Shown here piece after piece: positions 28,018 to 32,000 of a stretch of DNA of 32,000 bases. The notes under the pieces were generated by a model, which saw only the letters and a list, made by a program, of their open reading frames with translations, made no database searches and was not told the origin of the DNA. Source of the DNA: Pasteurella multocida. GTDB taxonomy: Bacteria; Pseudomonadota; Gammaproteobacteria; Enterobacterales; Pasteurellaceae. A program made the translations under genes and the position numbers. The stretch is taken from contig NZ_LT906458.1 of assembly GCF_900187275.1 (NCBI RefSeq), forward strand, positions 1,680,001 through 1,712,000. Direction: 5' to 3'. The number at the start of each line of letters is the position of its first letter. The first letter of the stretch is position 1.

Positions 28018-28023
28018 TGCCAA

Positions 28024-29958
28024 TTACTCGTCTTCTAAATAGGTATAACCATTCAAGCCCACCTCAAGTTCATTTAAGAACTGAATGGCTTCTGACGCAG
28101 GTAAGTTTGAATGCTCAATTTGTTCACGATAGCGATCCAATAATTTTTTCGGATCAAGATAAACATATTCCAACATATCTGCTACGGTGTTACCTTCGTC
28201 GTAGTCCACAATATAAGCCTTATCCTGCTCATGAACTAAGACATCCACTGTACTGGTATCACCAAATAAGTTATGCATGTTACCTAAAATTTCTTGATAC
28301 GCCCCGACCATAAAGAAGCCTAATAACGGTGGATTGTCTTCTTCATAATGTGGCATCGGCATGGTGGTCGTAATACCATCCCCATCAATATAATGATCAA
28401 TCGTGCCATCTGAATCACAGGTAATATCTAATAATACTGCACGACGGCTCACAGGTTGATTTAAATTCGAAATTGGACAGACCGGGAAAAGCTGGTCAAT
28501 CCCCCACGCATCAGGCAAGGATTGGAACAAAGAAAAGTTCACATACAATTTATCCGCAAAGCGTTCTTGCAGTTCATCAATAATTGTACGATGAGAACGG
28601 TGCTTTTCATTAAATAATTGCCCCACTTCATGACAAATATTCAAATAAAGTTGCTCAGCCCATGCACGCTGTTCTAAATTCAGCAACCCGACATTGTATT
28701 GATTATGTACATCTGATAAATCAAATTGGCTTTCATGAATCCAACTGCGTAACGACCGTTTTTCACGTGAAGACTGAATATCCACCCAAGTTTCCCACAT
28801 ACTATGTAACACACTTGGTGCGTCTTTTGCTGGCGCCGCTAAGGTTTCAAATTTATAACGTTCTACACCAATCACATTAGAGACTAAAACGGCATGGTGT
28901 GCAGTCACACCACGACCCGATTCGGTGATAATGGTAGGATGGGGTAAACCATGCTCACGGCAGGCTTGACCAATACCCCACACAACAGTATCGGCATATT
29001 CATTTAAACCATAGTTCACTGAGCAATCGGATTGTGTACGGTTTCCTTCATAATCCACACCTAAGCCACCACCCACATCAAAGCACTGAATATTGACGCC
29101 TAATTTATGCAATTCAACATAAAAACGAGCACTTTCTCGCACGCCTGTCGCCACATCACGAATGTTGCCCAGCTGTGATCCCAAGTGGAAATGTAGCAAC
29201 TGTAAACAATCGAGACAGTCATGTTCTTTTAACATCTGAACTAAAGACAAGACTTGTGAGGCAGATAAACCAAATTTTGATTTTTCGCCGCCTGAAGATT
29301 GCCATTTACCGGATCCCTGTGAGGCTAAACGTGCACGTACCCCTAAGCGTGGCTTCACATTCAGTTTTGCTGCTTCCTCTAAAACAAGCTGGATTTCAGA
29401 GAGCTTTTCAATCACTAAATACACTTTATGTCCAAGTTTTTCACCCATCAGGGCAAAACGAACATATTCTCGATCTTTATAGCCATTACAGACAATCACC
29501 GTTTGTGTGATCCCTGCATGCGCTAGCACAGCCATCAATTCCGCCTTTGACCCGGCTTCTAAGCCAAGCGGTTGACCTGAGCTAATTAAGGATTCCACAA
29601 TACGTCGATGTTGATTTACTTTGATTGGATAAACGAGGAAATAATTCCCCTCATAACCAAAGTCTTCACGGGCACGTTTAAACGCCTGATTAATCGAGCG
29701 TAAACGGTGTTGAATAATTTGTGGAAAGCAAAAGAGTGTTGGTAAATGTGCGCCTTGTTCTCGTTGCACTTTTTCTGCTAACGCCGCCAAAGACACACGA
29801 TTTTGTGGTTTGTCAGGATCAGGACAAACAAAAATGTCCCCTTTTTCATCTACGTTATAATAACGCATCCCCCAGTAATTGATGTTACACACTTCACGTA
29901 CGGTATTTTCAGCAAACACAGATGAAGTGCCATCAGACGTTAAAGTAACCTGTTCCAA
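28024..29958 (-). CDS. speA: Biosynthetic arginine decarboxylase
   Basis: A 644-aa ORF, collinear and highly similar to E. coli SpeA ([34 protein letters not shown]-terminal GYTYLEDE). The only in-frame start right after the upstream stop is TTG at 29958, with AAGAGG about 11 nt upstream. The start codon is uncertain. Confidence 0.93.
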   Translation of the reverse strand: MEQVTLTSDGTSSVFAENTVREVCNINYWGMRYYNVDEKGDIFVCPDPDKPQNRVSLAALAEKVQREQGAHLPTLFCFPQIIQHRLRSINQAFKRAREDFGYEGNYFLVYPIKVNQHRRIVESLISSGQPLGLEAGSKAELMAVLAHAGITQTVIVCNGYKDREYVRFALMGEKLGHKVYLVIEKLSEIQLVLEEAAKLNVKPRLGVRARLASQGSGKWQSSGGEKSKFGLSASQVLSLVQMLKEHDCLDCLQLLHFHLGSQLGNIRDVATGVRESARFYVELHKLGVNIQCFDVGGGLGVDYEGNRTQSDCSVNYGLNEYADTVVWGIGQACREHGLPHPTIITESGRGVTAHHAVLVSNVIGVERYKFETLAAPAKDAPSVLHSMWETWVDIQSSREKRSLRSWIHESQFDLSDVHNQYNVGLLNLEQRAWAEQLYLNICHEVGQLFNEKHRSHRTIIDELQERFADKLYVNFSLFQSLPDAWGIDQLFPVCPISNLNQPVSRRAVLLDITCDSDGTIDHYIDGDGITTTMPMPHYEEDNPPLLGFFMVGAYQEILGNMHNLFGDTSTVDVLVHEQDKAYIVDYDEGNTVADMLEYVYLDPKKLLDRYREQIEHSNLPASEAIQFLNELEVGLNGYTYLEDE

Positions 29959-30116
29959 TGTCTTAGTTTACCTCTTAAAAGGAGTCAAAAATTCAAGCGC
30001 CAACGCGCCATATTTTGTTTTTTCTGTCCCATCGCAATTACAGAAAAACGTTTGCAAGAATAAAGCAAAACAAGGGGAATAACTAGTTTTTTCTTACTAC
30101 TTTTCCTCTTGGAATA

Positions 30117-31412
30117 TCAACGATATTTATCTAAAAAACGATAGTATTTAGTGCCTACAAATAAGGTGGCTTTTTGCAGTAACTTACCGCCATGCACACT
30201 CGGTACTTTAAGTTGCTCAAATACGCGTAAACGCTCATCGTTACCTAAAATAGCTTCTGCAACAATACGCCCCGCTAATCCCGTTAACGCCACGCCATGT
30301 CCAGAATACCCTTGCGCAAAATAAATATTCGGCGCAATTCGACCAAAATGTGGATTGGAATTCAAGGTCATATCAATAGGTCCGCCCCAACCATAGTCAA
30401 TGTTGACATTTTCTAACTGAGGAAACACGTGCAACATATTGCAGCGCATAACCGTCATCATATCCAAGCCCGGACTCGAATCACTGCCAAATAACAAGCG
30501 ATTGTCGGCACTTAAACGGTAATAATCTAAGAAATAATTATTGTCACATACTGACATACGGTTGCGAATCAAACTCTCCGCCATTGCATCACTTAACGGC
30601 TCGGTGGCAATAATAAAACTTTCTACAGGTAAAATTTTGCGAGCAATACCACGATGTAACTTTTTTGGTAGCACACGAATATAAGCATTGGTGGCTAATA
30701 CTAAATCTTTGGCAATCACGGAGCTTTGATCGGTTTTCACTTTGACTTTTGCTTTACCGATACGTAAATCAACTGCTGGCGACTGTTCATAAATTTCCAC
30801 TCCTAACGCTAAACAGGCTTTCGCTAAACCTAAACAATAATTCAGTGGGTGTAAATGACCAGAATTGGCATCAAAGAGTGCGCCCGTATAAATCTCACTG
30901 CCTAGATTCTCAGCTAATTTAGCTTTATCCCATAATTGCATATGGGGATAAGCAAAAAATTCGCGACAAGATTTCTCAATCGCAATTAAGTCATCCATAC
31001 GACGTGGATTTAAAGCTAACGTTGCATAACCTCTACGCCAATCACATTGAATGTTATATTTTTTAATCCGCTCTTCGATAATCGCTAACGCTTCTAGTGA
31101 CATTTGCCATAATTTCTGCGCAGTATCAAATCCCACTGCATCAATATAATCGCCAATGTCTTCTTCAAAACCGTTGATCGCCTGCCCACCATTTCGCCCT
31201 GAGGCGCCAAAGCCTACACGTGCGCCTTCTAATACAATCACTTTTTTGCCTTGTTCCGCTAATTCAAGTGCGGTCGATAGACCAAAAAATCCCGCACCGA
31301 TGATACACACATCAGCAGATTTTCGTTGTTGTAAAGGCGGAAGAGTGAAATGAAGATGACGGGAGTCGGAATAATAAGTTTTGATATGTTCTTGATGAGA
31401 AAACGTTAACAT
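30117..31412 (-). CDS. FAD-dependent oxidoreductase of the PuuB/OrdL (gamma-glutamylputrescine oxidase-like) family
   Basis: Dinucleotide-binding motif DVCIIGAGFFGLSTA, and GFGASGRNGGQ, LDYYRL.ADNRLL.G and YSGHGV matching E. coli PuuB. The start is placed at ATG 31412; the ORF-track start at 31469 is a TTG adding 19 hydrophobic residues. Confidence 0.82.
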   Translation of the reverse strand: MLTFSHQEHIKTYYSDSRHLHFTLPPLQQRKSADVCIIGAGFFGLSTALELAEQGKKVIVLEGARVGFGASGRNGGQAINGFEEDIGDYIDAVGFDTAQKLWQMSLEALAIIEERIKKYNIQCDWRRGYATLALNPRRMDDLIAIEKSCREFFAYPHMQLWDKAKLAENLGSEIYTGALFDANSGHLHPLNYCLGLAKACLALGVEIYEQSPAVDLRIGKAKVKVKTDQSSVIAKDLVLATNAYIRVLPKKLHRGIARKILPVESFIIATEPLSDAMAESLIRNRMSVCDNNYFLDYYRLSADNRLLFGSDSSPGLDMMTVMRCNMLHVFPQLENVNIDYGWGGPIDMTLNSNPHFGRIAPNIYFAQGYSGHGVALTGLAGRIVAEAILGNDERLRVFEQLKVPSVHGGKLLQKATLFVGTKYYRFLDKYR

Positions 31413-31605
31413 AAAATCGCTCGCTAATAACACTAGCTGGCAGTTTACCCCGACGAAGAAATATGTCAATTTAATTCAATCACTTTATAAAGTTTGCTAT
31501 ACTCAGCGCGAAGTTCTTAAACTTAACGTTCATGCGGATTGCTTCACTAAAATCCGTTCATTTTTAACCGCACTTTATTGTCTTTAGACATTGAGGGACT
31601 CAAAA

Positions 31606-32000
31606 TTGAAAAGACTTTTTGCTAACGTCATCAAATCACTTGTCTTCACCTCCCTTTTCTTTTTCACACATTCCGCCTTAGCAAACAAAAAGCTTTACGT
31701 TTACAACTGGACGGATTACATTCCTTCAAGTTTAATTGCTGATTTTACTAAAGAAACGGGCATTGAAGTCATCTATTCTACTTTTGAGAGTAATGAAGAG
31801 ATGTACGCGAAACTCAAATTACTTTCTAAAAATAGCGGTTATGACCTGGTTTTTCCATCGAGTTATTACATCAATAAAATGGTCAAAGATGGCATGCTAC
31901 AAAAACTCGATCACGCAAAATTAACCAATTTACATCAAATCCCAACCCATTTGCTGAATAAAGAATTTGATCCACAAAACCAATATTCCCTGCCTTATAT
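31606..32000 (+). CDS. potD: Spermidine/putrescine ABC transporter periplasmic binding protein, N-terminal part; it continues beyond the window
   Basis: My own translation from TTG 31606 (GAGGGA 9 nt upstream) gives (M)[70 protein letters not shown]...[11 protein letters not shown]. This is the PotD/PotF N-terminal signature. It is absent from the ORF track because no stop falls inside the window. Confidence 0.8.
   Translation, partial: MKRLFANVIKSLVFTSLFFFTHSALANKKLYVYNWTDYIPSSLIADFTKETGIEVIYSTFESNEEMYAKLKLLSKNSGYDLVFPSSYYINKMVKDGMLQKLDHAKLTNLHQIPTHLLNKEFDPQNQYSLPY

Noticed and set aside
1-32000. Search for CRISPR arrays, tRNA/rRNA genes, phage or integrase genes, toxin-antitoxin or defence modules, and tnpB next to tnpA
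   Set aside because: I found no regularly spaced direct repeats, no cloverleaf-like or rRNA-like segments in the intergenic regions, and no unassigned ORF of 60 aa or more outside known genes. The IS carries tnpA only. The window therefore offers no room for a hidden protein-coding system of appreciable size.

Overview
This window looks like chromosomal DNA from a Pasteurellaceae bacterium of the Hin-type uptake-signal clade. I found 16 perfect AAGTGCGGT/ACCGCACTT 9-mers by eye, and the proteins resemble Haemophilus/Aggregatibacter-type housekeeping and sugar genes. Gene order: eda (3' end) > | < proS | < xylB < xylA | > MalY/PatB-type C-S lyase > NhaC-family transporter | > xylF xylG xylH | > xylR | < PfkB kinase < class II aldolase < D-lyxose/D-mannose-type cupin isomerase < mak | > OmpR-family response regulator | < RbsB-like binding protein < permease < ATPase | > pirin | IS200-type element (tnpA on the minus strand) | > hmp | > hybrid histidine kinase | < speB < speA < PuuB/OrdL-like oxidase | > potD (5' end). 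Every large ORF has a confident family assignment. I saw no tRNA, rRNA or CRISPR array and no recognisable defence, toxin or phage module, so I cannot point to a convincing wholly novel multi-gene system. Four things deserve a second look. (1) A two-gene cassette sits inside the xylA/xylF control region, bracketed by a duplicated promoter segment carrying a CRP box. (2) A rare-sugar locus is split by an oppositely oriented response regulator. (3) That orphan regulator and an HPt-less hybrid kinase flank an 8-kb USS-free block that contains the IS200 copy. (4) The IS200 ends are highly structured and lie next to a perfect FNR box upstream of hmp. All coordinates, identities and motif calls were made by eye; no searches or folding were run.
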